Below are positions 51,301 to 64,000 of a stretch of DNA of 64,000 bases, in pieces. Every line of letters starts with the position of its first letter. Position 1 is the first letter of the stretch. Both the position numbers and the translations under genes were made by a program. The stretch is from the NCBI GenBank assembly GCA_963514005.1, contig OY740790.1:46686001-46750000 (forward strand), written 5' to 3'. Source of the DNA: Raja brachyura (lineage: Eukaryota). Under the pieces are notes generated by a model, which was not told where the DNA came from, made no database searches, and saw only the letters and a program-made list of their open reading frames with translations.

Positions 51301-52944
51301 CCAAATGTGCAATTAATTTTATCTTTTTCTCCATTGTGCCGTGCAACCTGTGCTAAATGTAACGGAAGGTTTCTCCAGCGTCAGTTTATTCGTGTTTTGT
51401 GGCATTTGTTTTGTGGCCTAAACTTGCGCCATATATTTGTTAGTCCACAGTTCCTATTTGTGCACCGCAAAGTGGATTGTTGGAAATCTACTTTTGTATA
51501 ATATTTTCTTTTGACGTGGGGTATGGTAGCGGCTTGTCTATTAGGACTGAGATAGAATTATTATTGTGGAAGCTGGAACCTTTTGATTTGGGTTTCTTTT
51601 ACTTATAAACATGAACTCCCCGCAAATTATATGTTCAATACGGTCCTGTTTGTTCTCGTCTGTGGACTTTGCCAGAAATGGCAGCCGTAGATGGCTATGT
51701 GGAATATTATCTCTCCCCTCGCGTGAAGGATCCTAAACCATTTACATTTTTAGGTCATATATTTATATGATGGTATGATAATTCATTTCCATTGCAGTCT
51801 TTTGCAATTGTTTACATCGACTTCTAATTATATTCACAACTCTTAAATTATTTATGGAAGTTTTATTCTAATTTTATCTGCTTCTATGTATGTCATTGAC
51901 ATGTTAATTTCAGTGGAACTAACAAACTGTAATAGTTTCAAAATGTATTTTGTGTTTTTTACTTATTTGGATTAATGAGTTGTAGAGAGCAAGCTTACAA
52001 AATTGTATACTTTAAATGTGACTAGAATAGTCTTTCGGAGTGTTGACCTTTTTATTACCTCAGCATCACAATAAAATTATGGAGAAAGCTCCCAATATTT
52101 ATTCATGCATAGGCAACACATTATACTTAAAACTATCTTGGTGGTTTCTGTCATTAAGATGTATTATAACCTTGCATGGTAATTAATGAACCAAAACATT
52201 AATGGAGTATTTTTTCCATTTTTAGCCATATTATCAAGAGTGAAGAGTTTCCATTCCCCTGTTAGTATGCAGTACTATTATTAATCATCTGTATCTGTTT
52301 CTAACAGTTCATCTTCTACCGTTGCCCTGAATTTGTATCAAGGATACAATGCTGAATCCATGCTGAAATTGACATGATAGAAAAATACTAATTCTCAATC
52401 AGGTGGAAGGTTATATATTACCATATGAACATTGGCCCTTGAAATTTATGGCAACTTAGATCAAAGCCATCTCCACAATTCCTAGTTATCATTTCTTTCA
52501 CATGTCCATTAACTCCCCCTGTTTCTCTCATCGGGCACATGTGTAAGGATAACTTGCAGTCACCAATTATCCAAACAATCGGGGGGTATGGAGGAAACGG
52601 GAGTATTTGGGCAAAATCTATCTGATCACACGAGAATGCACCAAAGGTAAGAATCAAGCCATGTTGTTGGAGATGCAAGACAGCAGTACCTGCAAGAGGT
52701 GGCCAATGTTGCATGGGATAGATCCATAAAGTAATTTGTAAATTAGCATTTTGATTTGCTAGCCAAGACACCATTGGAATATTACAACAGTAAAAATGAC
52801 AGAGAATGAAAGTGGGGTCTAGTGTGAGAGTGGTAGTTTGGAAAAAGTTATCATATTTACTACAATGTTGAAGATTGGTTTATGTTTTGAAAAGAAGACA
52901 TAGGTAGGTGGATTTTCGTAGAACATTTCGTATATATATTAGAA

Positions 52945-53450
52945 TTGGATCAGTTTGATGCAGGAAAAATGTTCCCAATGTTGGGGGAGTCCAGAACCAG
53001 GGGTCACAGTTTAAGAATAAGGGGTAGGTTCTTTAGGACAGATGAGGAAACACTTTTTCACCCAGAGAGTTGGAAATCTGTGGAGTTCTCTGCCACAGAA
53101 GGCAGTGGAGGACAATTCACTGGCTGTTTTCAAGAGAGAGTTAGATATAGCTGTTGGGGCTAACAAAATCTAGGGATATGGGGAGAAAGCAGGGACGGAG
53201 TACTGTTTTTGGAATGTCAGCCATGATCATATTGAATGGCTCGAGGGGCCGAATGACCTACTTGTGCATCTATTTTCTATGTTTCTATTATAGGTTGATG
53301 CAACGTTTAAGAAACATTTGGACAGGTACATGGATAGGAATGGTTTGGAGGGATATGGGTCAAACGCAGGTAGGTCGGACTAGTGTAGATAGGGCAGTTT
53401 GGTCGACATGGGAAAGTTGGTCCGAAAAGCCTGTTTCCAGGCTGTATGAC
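52945..53450 (+). mobile_element. CR1/HER1 3' ends
   Basis: DAGKMFPMLGESRTRGHSLRIRG; tail ttctatgtttctat. Confidence 0.8.
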
Positions 53451-55004
53451 TATTTAATTACAGTCACTTTGAGCAGAGGGAAATTTGGTGACAATAAAAA
53501 TGGTGACTTTGGTGAGCTCAGACGCATGTCACTTGATTTGCATCCCATCTATTATTGTAGAAATAAGGAACTGCAGATGCTGGTTTATAAAAAATATATA
53601 TACAAAGTGCTGGAGTAACTCAGCAGATCAGACAGCATCTCTGAAGAACATGGCTGGGTGAAAGGTCCTGACCCAAAACCTAACCTATCCATATTCTCCA
53701 GAGATGCCGCCTGGCTCGCTGAGTTACTCCAGCACTTTTTGTCTTTTTTTCCTCCTATCTTTTATCTCAACCTTGAGCATACACAACTGCTGATCATCCA
53801 CAGTCCTTTGTTGTAGAGAATTTCAGTCGAGAAATCTCTCATCTGGATTTAAATAGTAGATGACCTTGACCGTACCCGTGAATCCGGGTTCTGGAACCAT
53901 CAGAAACAGCGTATCAACATCTAGTTGTCAATCTCTTTCACAGTTTGCATAAATTAATACAGAAATCTCTTTCTACAATGATCTCGTGAATCTTTTGCGT
54001 GGTTTTAAACCAGATATTTTCTTTATGTTATTGGTATTAATATCAGTTTATTATTGTCGTGTGTATTAATATACAGTGAAGAACATTGTTTTGCATGCAA
54101 TCCAGGCAAATAATGCCATATGGGAGTACATCAATTAGTGCAGAATAGTGTTACAGGTAAATTTTAAAAATTCAAACGCCGCAATGAGGCAGAGTAAAAG
54201 ATCAGAAATTCATCACTGGCATGAGATCTGTCCCAGATTCTTAACAGTGGGGAAGAGGTTTTTTGCTCATTTCATAGATACAGAATGACCGACCAACTCA
54301 ATGCTGATTAAAGATGACCTGTACACTAGTTTTATGTTTCCCAGTTACGCATCCAGCACCCTAGGGGCAATTAAAAAAAAGCCAATTAACCTACAAACCC
54401 GCACATCTTTGGAATGTGGGAGAAAACTGGTGCATCCAGGGAAAATCCACGGAGAATGTGCAAACTCCACACAGACAGCACCCGTAGTCAGGATCGAAAC
54501 TGGGCCTCTAATACTGTAAGATAGGAACTCTACCGCTGCCCAACTGTCCCTGTTCCTGAATCTTGTGGTACATGCCTTCAAACATTGTATCTGTAAAGGC
54601 CTTGCAGTATGGAGATGTGTTCTCTCTCATATTATTGTATGTAGCCACAAGGCTTTTTTAATCTTGCACTCCAACCCCTTGCAGTGAAGGACAGCATACC
54701 ACTTTGCCTAACTAATTGTATTCTGTGCTTGCGTGATAACTTTTTGAATCATGCAAATCTACGTATTGAGTTCATTTTGCCAATATTAATTGGTTTTTCA
54801 TTCTTAACATTTTTTCTAATATTTATCTACTTTGGTGAATGATTGCACATTTTCCACATTATTCTGACTGTCACTGCTCACTTATTTCAAATGTCCGTAA
54901 ACTTGTTCCTCATAACTTACTTTCTTTTCTTCTTTTTGAGTTATAAGAAAAGGTAGGTACATTGTTGATTTTAGTCAAAAAGACAACATAGTATCTTGTG
55001 GTGT

Positions 55005-55770
55005 ATAGTATATGTGGGGTGGGAGGGGTGTGTGTAGACGGGGAGGTGGAGGGGGGGGAAAGAGGGTGGTGTGGGGGGAGGGCTGTGTGTGGCCGGGGGG
55101 AGGGGGAGTAGTTGTGGGGGGAGAGGGGTGTGTGGGCGGGGGGTGAGCTCTGAGAAAAGACGGTGGAAGAACCATGGGGAGAGGGGGGCGTCACGGGGGA
55201 GGAGCCAGCGAGGGGGTCCAGGGGGGTAGTGGCTGGAATCTGCTGTGCGATATGGACGCACAGCGGGTGCTGGTCGCTGGTCGTTCTCCGCCGGGATCAA
55301 AGTCTCTGCTGTCTTTTTGGCAACAACAGCGATTCCGGGCTGGGCTCGGTCTCCGACGCTGGGCTGGGTTGGGTCTCCCATGCTGGGCTGGGTCTCTGAT
55401 GCGGGGCTGGGCTGCTTCGGCTCCCTCTGAAAGTCTGGTTGGAAACCTCCGCCGGCCACCCTCAGCTCTAGTAAAGACATGGTGGCGCAGGAAGGGGTGG
55501 GCCGTCCCAAGGAATGACAGGGGAAGGGACTAATCCGTGCGGCGCTGACTGGCAGGAGAAGAGATCGATCTGCGCATGCGCGTTTTTAAGGTTTTTCTAC
55601 GGCGTTCAACCGATCGGAACGAAACTTGGTGCACTCGCAGCACAAGAGAACGGTGATTGAACTGGCGTAAAATCGTAGCGCTATCGCAAACTGTTTTTGC
55701 GCAAATAGAAAGGCTGTCGAAACGGAAGATAACAAGATCAGAGTTTTAGTTATGTATGTATAGATAGATG
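55005..55770 (-). mobile_element. CpG-rich non-autonomous element, possibly Helitron-like
   Basis: Minus strand begins tctatacatacataactaaaactctg; G-rich tract 55010-55230; no CTRR end found. Confidence 0.35.
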
Positions 55771-57271
55771 GATACAAACAAACATATTTTGCGCCCTTTA
55801 TCAAACTTCTAATTGAATCCACTGTTACGAACTAAAGTAATGCTCAACAGACCTCACCAGTGGTTGATCTGAAATTGGTTACTGCATGGTAAATGGGATT
55901 TTATCAGGTTCAGAATTTCCCGTCATAATTCTGTCACTGAAATATGCTTCCAATTTTATCAAAATTAATCAGGAGCAAAGGAAATTGTAAAATATGTCTT
56001 ACAATTGGACAAGGCTGTCAGCATGAACAAAACATAAGAGGTTCACTTCCAGTTATGAGCAGGTTCAAACCGAAAAGTCTGAGTCTTGTAGGTGTCACAA
56101 TAATCTGTTTCTAGCAATTTTATGTAAACTGTTATATAAAACATTCCTACAATAAAAATATAGATCAATGGTAATTGCAGTTACATCATATCTGTAATGT
56201 TTCCTGTTAAATCAGTAACATCTTTATTTCACATAACAGCTTGAAGATGCTTTCAATATTGGACATCTGATTGTATGCTTAGGAGTGGGTTGGACCTTTA
56301 CTATTCTAATAACAAGGTTGGCTACTGTTAAAAAAATATGTATTTTCATTTTGTCAGTGTAAAAGAAATCAAAAACTGCCGATGCTGGAAATTTGAAACC
56401 CAAACAAAACGCGAGAAGCGCCCAGCAGGTCAGGCAGCATCTGCAAAAAGAAAATTAAAATCTCAGGTGCTTTATTCTCTCCTAGTTCTACCTGCCTTGC
56501 TGTGTCTTTCCAACATTTTCTGTTTTTGTTTCATTTTGTCACATATGGTTGGAAAAAAATTGTGATTTCCTAATTTCAATATTTTTCACTAAGACTTAAA
56601 ACCACAATTAACTGGTTTATTTAATTACAGCAATAATTTTTTACCACATTAACAATGAGGTCTTTATAATCTTTCATAAGTGATAGGAGCAGAATTAGGC
56701 CATTCGGCCCATCAAGTCTACTCCACCATTCAAACATGCCTGATATATCTCTCCCGCTTAATTCCATTCTCCTTTCTTCTCCCACAGATTCACCACCCTC
56801 TCACTAAAGAAATTCCTCCTCATCTCCTTCCTAAAGGACCATCCTTTAATTCTGATGCTATGACCTCTAGTCCTAGACTCTCCCACTAGTGGAAACATCC
56901 TCTCCACATCCACTCTGTCCAAGCCTTTCACTAGTCGGTTCGTTTTAATGAGGTCGCTCGCTCATTCTAAACTCCAGCGAGTACTTTCCACAGAGTGAAT
57001 TGTCGATTTTCCTTAGTGTGTTGTGAATTCTGAGGACAGCGTTTTGTAACTAAATGGCCATGACAAGGGGCTCACCTGCATGCTATTAACAGGTGTATTT
57101 GTGTTGGATTTTATTATTTTTGTAATATTACTGCAGCTTGTCTGCAATGGGGATGACTTTCTTGGGATTAATGTTTTCTGGTTGCATAAAGTTTAACTTA
57201 CTTGTGGGTAGACAAAAGTGCTGGAGAAACTCAGCGAGTGCAGCAGCATCTATGGAGCAAAGGAAATAGGC

Positions 57272-57299
57272 AACGTTTCGGGCCAAAACCCTTCTTCAG
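57272..57299 (-). ncRNA. Minimal hammerhead-like core in a Penelope-like end
   Basis: CUGAAGA-A-GGGUUUUGGCCC-GAAACGUU; helix I only about 2 bp. Confidence 0.45.
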
Positions 57300-58474
57300 G
57301 CTCTGAAATTTCCAGCATCTGCAGTTCCTTCTTAAACACATTAACTTAATTGTGCAACTTAATTGTGTCTTGGTAGGTTACATTAGAAAATTACACTTTG
57401 CTTTTATCACAACACAGAAGGAAGCTGTTTGATCCAACAAGCCATTGTTGGTGTCCAGCAAAGCAATCCTACCCATTTCAGTCCCTTCTCTTATTTCCTT
57501 ATAACCTACACATCTGCAGACTCCACACAGCCAAAGTGGAGTTCAGGATTGAACCCAGGTTCCTGGAGGTGTAAAGCAAGTCATCATCTACTGAACAAAA
57601 AGCTTCCATGTTTCTGTATCTGGATACAATCAACACAGATTTAAAAAGAACAAAACAGAAAATAATTGAAATAGTTGTCTAAAAAGTTATAGCCACAGCT
57701 AACAATGAGTTATGTAATGGAACTAATGAATGATAATTTCTTAGATTATATAGGTATTACTTGCCAAAATGTATTAGCTGGAAAAGATTTAAAAGAAAGA
57801 TGCCTTATTGTGGGAGCCATAGCTATTTAAACTAAAGGGTTTGAGTTGATTGCTCCAAGTCTCTTGTCAAAGTTCGTTTCTTAAAAAGCAGATAGCAACA
57901 AACGTTAAAGATAGACCATGGCAATCTTTAATTGATTCGTCAGGTGGGAATGGCAAAGATTACTATGAGCACAAACGTTGCTCAGTGCTTCTCGGGCTCC
58001 CACTCACAGAACAAAGGAGAGTTAGCACAATTATACATTTTTCTTATCAGTAAAACACTCCTACCAAGTCTGAATATGGCATGACTGAAAGATTATGTAG
58101 CCTTTCACAATATAGGAAAGCTGGGTCCAAATCAAGCTCATCCAATAACAAGTTATTACTTATCTCTGGAGCGTCAGCTATTTTTTTTTTCAATCCTGGC
58201 TTCTTTATGGCCTTGAATGAAGCACATGTTATTTATGCATGCTGCCATCTTAATGTATTTATGGAAAGACAACCTGTCCTCCATATGGTGTTCCATATCA
58301 TTTACAGAGTCATTCAGACGTGGCACCGAACCATTCTTTTGTTCTCCTTGTCCATACTTTTGTAGAAGAACAACTCAATTTTAGATTTGACTATTAGCTC
58401 TTTCACTCTTCATGATGTACTGTTGCAATCGCTATTATTACAAATTTGGTCATCAGTAAACTTGAATGCGGTGA

Positions 58475-59095
58475 TTCAAAGGTCTTTTATTGTCACATGT
58501 ACAAATTAGGGTACAGTGATATGCAAATTACCATGCAGCCATACAAGAAAAAAGCACCAAGGCACACACATACATAAAAGTTAACATAAACATCCACCAC
58601 AGCGTATTCCTCACTGTGATGGAAGGCAAAAAAAGTCCAATCTTCTTCCTCTTTAATTCTCATGCAGTCGGGGCAGTCGAGCCATCCGTCGGGGCGGTTG
58701 AAGCTCCCACGTTGGGGCGGTTGAAACTCCCGCGGCTTGGAGCTCCCGATCGGTCTCTAAGCAGAGACCGCAGGCTCCCGCAGTTGGAGCTCCGAGGTCG
58801 ATCCCTGACAAAAGGATCACGAGCTACACGATGGTAAGTATGCAGACTCCCACGGTGTAGCTCTCAAAGGTTGGTCTCCAGCATAGGCTGTCAACTGCTC
58901 GTTGTTGGACCGCAGTGCGGACTGAGATACGATATGGAAAAAAAATCGCATCTCCGTCGAGGTGGGAGATTAGAAAAAGGTTCCTCCAACTCCCCACGTA
59001 AAACAAGCTAAAGAACACAAAACTATATATTTAACACATACTATTTAAACACAAAGATGGAAAGGACATAGTGTTGGCGAGGCGCCACCCGGTGG
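58475..59095 (-). mobile_element. Second copy of the 29365-30190 repeat family
   Basis: Shared blocks tttattgtcacatgtac, gatggaaggcaa, gttggcgaggc, ggcgccacc. Confidence 0.7.
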
Positions 59096-61880
59096 TTAAT
59101 GTGTTCATTGGTTTCCTTTAAGTAGTGTCCACCATTTTGAATAAACGCGAGCCGTATGTATCTTAAGAATATAGATACAGGGGAACATAAAGTATAGGTG
59201 ATGACATGCTAAGTAGTTGTTTAATGTTGGTCTACCCAGAAGTAGCTTAGTTTGACCAGCTATAAGTAAAAGCCATCTGTTTTCTTTTTCTTAAAAGTAG
59301 AGAGCCCATTGAAAGTAAAGCCGGTCAAACTGGTTCTTGACTTGGACAGCGATTACATTATATAATTGTAGCACGAAGAAGCAGTCTAGTCCATCAGGCT
59401 TATCCGGCCACTTTAAAACAGTGAACCATTTAGGCCCATTGTCCTACCTCTGTTCATGATGCTTCAGCTTTATTTCTTTTTATGTACACTACCTGTTCTG
59501 TTTTGAGAATGTAGCTTTAAATCTGTGTCTATTATCTTATTAAGTAGTATCGGCCAGACGGGTAATTTATTATAAAGGAAAATCCCTCAACTATCCTCTG
59601 GATTTTCGAGTGAACTAATATCTGTAGCTTTTGGTTTTTATCCTTCCTGGCAGTAAAAAGTATAATTCCATCATAACTTTATAATAGCAAATACTCTTGA
59701 TAGAATTGAATATCTCTAAATCTCTTCAGAAGCTTAAATGCAACCTCTTCAGTCTCTACAAAAATTAAAAAAATTATGGAAAACATAATTTATGGTAAAT
59801 ATCTGTTGCCACCATGACAGGGTTTAAACATCCTTTTTTTAATCAATTCCTAGATTTGAACCCATATCCTAACTGTGGAGTAACAACCAATTTATATATT
59901 GTTAGCAAAACTGCTGTTTTTTTTGTAAATTAATGCCATAAGCCAAAAATAACACTATGCTTTTATTTTTAGCAGCTGCTTATCTTGTTTTGCCACTTCA
60001 TCAAATCTGAATATATAAATAAGTGTTCTTGTAACCCTTGAATATATTGCTTTTATTTAAAAATTTCTTCCAAATTATTTCTTCAAACCATTTAGCATTA
60101 AGTTGTTTGCTTATACAATGCAAGTATTTGTTATGAACTACTGTACACACTGACCATAGTTACAAACTTTATCATCTATGAACTTAAATGCAGTGATTCT
60201 AATGTGACCACTGGTTTTGATCACTGAGTATCATCCACCAGTTTGAATTGTAATCATACATCGCAATACTCTGATTTGCATCTTAGCCAATCATATATGC
60301 ACACAGCCTCTGCTACTTAAATTCTATAAAATTCAAGACTGACAAATTTACTCTACTAAATCCAAACAGTAACCATAGGCAATCCCACATTTTTTCAAAG
60401 GAATCTCAAAAGTTACTGGCAGTGATTCATTGTTTTGACTAATTAGAAGTGTTTTCCATTGGTTTTGAGGGAAATCAATTTAATCAAATGAACATTGATA
60501 TATTCACAATGTTACCTTGTAATACTTCTGAAAATGTTAGGCTTTGTTGCATGAAATCAAAATGAGCTTACACGTGGTGTGCTTAGCAAAATATCTGGCC
60601 TGGAAAAATGTATGCAGCATAGTTTCCTCTGATATACAAAATGTAATTAAGTATAAATAATGAAATGGGTATGTCCCAGTTTTTCGATGTCTTCAGCCCC
60701 ATCTGTTATGAAGTGCATTGGTTGAGATTGTCAGATATGATTTCTTTCATAAAATGCTTGTTAATTGTCATATTTGCTCAAATAACAATTAATTGTGTCT
60801 CCTTTTCACAAACGCGTTTGAATTAGCTGGAATTTTTTTTGATTTTTATTTCGTCTGCAGTCCTGTTTTCTTGGGGATTTCTGTGTAGCAGAAGATGATG
60901 TAGAAAAGGGAGTTTTGGGACATTTTTGTCATGATGCTTGAGATATCACATGGGTTAGTCAACTGGTCCAACTGTCATTAGCGTGTATTCATAAACTTAA
61001 ATTTGTGACTCCATTTCACTGTGTTAGATGACATGGATGTACCCAATAATTTCTCTAGTGAGGAATTCTACTATTTCTATTCCTATTTAGGCTATTCTTT
61101 ATCAAGGATAGGTTCATAAATTAAGTCGCACTTGATTGGCTTTGTGCACCATCGTGGGCCAAATAGGCAGTATTTGTATATAAATTGGGTGACTTCCTTT
61201 TTCTTGCCTGGAACATTGATATTTGTATGTGAAAGAGGGGGGAAAATGCTTTTAATTTGTTTGCACTTATGTTCTGTAATCTGAGGTATTTAAATTAAAA
61301 CTGGGAAAAGTTGATACTTCAAAACTGCATTCCAAAGCGTAATTCTTAAGAATGGTTTCCAAGTGCATTATTGGCCAGGTATGCATGCCTAAAAATGCCT
61401 AAACTGACTTGTTTACCTTGTGTGGATGCAGAGTCCATGTCACCAGCCCTCAACTTTCTCTTGTGTATGGTCTTGTTAGAAAGTAAAGGGTGATGATGCC
61501 TTTCTCTTAAATTCCTATGTTAGCTAGCAAAACGGAGGCCTACATTTTGCCATCTCTCAAAGCTGCCATTGATTTAACACTTTACCACCTCTCTACGTAG
61601 ATAAAATTATAATTTAAAACTGAAGTAATTGATTATACATTTTAAGGAGTATCAGGACAATAATAACATTCAAGTCACACAAAAAAAATTTGGACAAGTC
61701 ACTTGTCTTCCTAAATCTTTGCCTGCAAGTTCAAGAAAGCTAGAAAGCTAAGACAACTGACACAGCTGAAGACAGGGAAATCTCAGCAAGACTGGGAACC
61801 AGACTTTGCGCATATGCACAAACGTGGACATACACGCCCTCTGAGTACAACAGATGCCCAATGATCAAGCACACGTATAG

Positions 61881-62370
61881 CAGGGCTCGAAATTAACGGT
61901 TGCCTAGGTGCTAATGGCGACCTAAAGTCCCGCCGGGCAACCTAATAGCCGTGCCATTTTGCCTGGCTTGGCAAGCACCAAGGACATCTGCTGTTCAACT
62001 CTGAGCAGGCCCCCCTCTCTGTCACTTTCCGTCTCCGCCCGTCATCCGTGTCCGGGCCGCCGGTTCTCCGCTCTCCGCCTGCTTCTCATCCGCCGGCGTG
62101 GCCGGCCGCCTTGCACATGCGCACTGCCAAGGCCTGCACATCCTCTCCCTGCACATGAGCACTGCAACTGGTCGACGCCGGGCACTTTCTCCCTCCCTTT
62201 GCATTGTGGGAGATCTGGCCGCCATTGCGGTCCGGTCGCCGCCTCGCTAAAAACCAACGCAGAATCACTCCCTGGAGTAACTCTTACTTCTTGGTTTCCT
62301 GGTCCTCCAAAAATATTCCAAATGGAATTTAAACTGGAGTCGACCCTCCACCACAAACCTCCACACTCTG
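61881..62370. mobile_element. hAT-like non-autonomous element, one end only
   Basis: Starts cagggctcgaaatt; CpG-rich body; no matching TIR seen. Confidence 0.4.
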
Positions 62371-63309
62371 AAAAATAACAGCCTACTGCACTTTATCTGT
62401 TTATTTATTGTGTGTGTGTATATATATGGTATATAGGTACACTGAACTTTTTTCTCCTGTTCTGTATTATTTTTACATATTCTGTTGTGCTGCAGCAAGC
62501 AATAATTTTATTGTCATATCTAGGACACATGACAATAAAACTCTTGACTCTTGACTTGGACTTAAGCGAAAAAGGGTTCTTGGGAGAAAAGAGCTATCTT
62601 AAATTTAGTTGTGTCTGGCTGGGTAACTGTGGTAGGGTGAAGACTATTCCATGCTTTAATTGTGCGGGGGAACTCCATGGAGCAGCCAGCATCTCTGGAT
62701 AGAAGAAATTGGGTGACGTTTCGGGTAGAGACCCCTCTTTAGATCTCCTCTGGTTTTAGTGTTTTTAGTTTAATTTAAAGATACAGCGTGGGAGCAGGCC
62801 ATTCGGCCCAACGAGTCCACGCCAACCACCAATCACCCGTACACTAGTTCTATCCCACACGTTAGCGACGCAAGTCAAGAGTGTTTTATTCTCTCACGCC
62901 CCAGTTAGAGCAATGGGATTAATAAAGTTCTATCGTATAGTATCGTGTGTGTAGGAAGGAATTGCAGATGCTGGTCTCAACTGAAGATAGACACAAAAAG
63001 CTGGAGTAAATCAACAGGTCAGACAGAATCTCTGGACAAAAGGAAAATATTCTGTTTTGGATTGGGTCTGAAAAGGGTTCCTGCACACCATTGGAATGTG
63101 GAAGCAAACAAGAGCACCCGGAGAAAACCCATGCGATCAAAGCGAAAAGGAGCAAACTCCATACAGATAGCACCCATATTCAGGATCAATTCCGGGTCTC
63201 TGACACTTAGGCAACAACTTTATGGCCAATGTACCGCCCCATAGTCTTGAATTGATTTAAAACATACAGTAGCTGTAAAGGGGGACATAGCGAAGGGAAG
63301 ACATAGGGA

Positions 63310-64000
63310 CTGATGAGGTAGAGTCACTGTGGATTGAGTTGAGGAATTGTAAAGGCAAGAAGACACTAATTGGTGTTATTTACAGACCCCCAAATAGTAG
63401 CCCGGATGTAGGGTGTAAGTTGCAGCAGGCGTTAAAACTGGCATGTAACAAAGGTATTGCCACTGTGGTGATGGGGGATTTCAATATGCAGGTAGACTGG
63501 GAAAATGAGGTTGGTTCAGGACCCCAAGAAAAAGAAAGTTTGTAGAATGCCTCCGAGATGGATTCTTCGAGCAGCTTGTAATGGAGCCGACCAGAGAAAA
63601 GGCAATTCTGGATTTAGTGTTGTCCAATGAACCAGATATGATAAGAGAACTTGAGGTAAAGGAACAGCTTGGAGGTAGTGATCACAATATGATTAGTTTT
63701 TATCTGCAATTTGAGAAGGAGAATGGTAAATCGGAAGTGTCAGTGATGCAGTTGAACTAAGGGGACTATGAAGGCATGAGAGGGGAGCTGGCCAAGGTAG
63801 ACTGGAAAGGGATCCTAGCAGGAATGACGGTGGAACAGCAATGGCAGGAATTTCTGGGCATAATCTGGAAGATGCAGGATCATTTCATTCCAAAAAGGAA
63901 GAAAGATTCTAAGGGAAATAGGAGGCAACCGTGGCTGACAAGAGAAGTTAGGGATAGAATAAAACTAAAAGAAAAGATGTATAACACAGCAAAGAGTAGC
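63310..64000 (+). mobile_element. CR1 LINE ORF2 endonuclease region, runs off the window
   Basis: ESLWIELRN...GVIYRPPNS...MGDFN...DW; LDLVL; SDHN. Confidence 0.88.

Noticed and set aside
54910-55533. Pro/Gly-rich ORFs
   Set aside because: Low-complexity repeat sequence

Overview
Vertebrate genomic DNA. The repeat content (HE1/V-type tRNA SINEs, CR1/HER1, Rex1/Babar, Penelope ends) points to a cartilaginous fish, probably a skate or ray (inference). Host genes: IPP/KLHL27 on + (8 coding exons, 8121-36216, 594 aa); TMEM69 on - (2 coding exons, 251 aa); a CpG-island promoter near 50.6-51.3 kb, probably leading into GPBP1L1 (synteny only); and a frameshifted TDP2-like first exon on - near 1.4-1.6 kb. 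Most of the rest is transposon-derived. Highlights: (1) a short (AAG)n-tailed retroelement whose 5' end folds as a minimal HDV/CPEB3-type self-cleaving ribozyme, lying in sense in an IPP intron, with a decayed second copy and a candidate Ingi/Vingi partner LINE in the window; (2) a nest of P-element-like non-autonomous transposons and excision footprints abutting the IPP promoter; (3) an L1 flanked by a 196-bp direct duplication; (4) a 30-nt duplicated splice donor that could add 10 aa to an IPP Kelch blade; (5) many Penelope-derived hammerhead-like motifs. All calls are by eye; no searches or folding programs were run.
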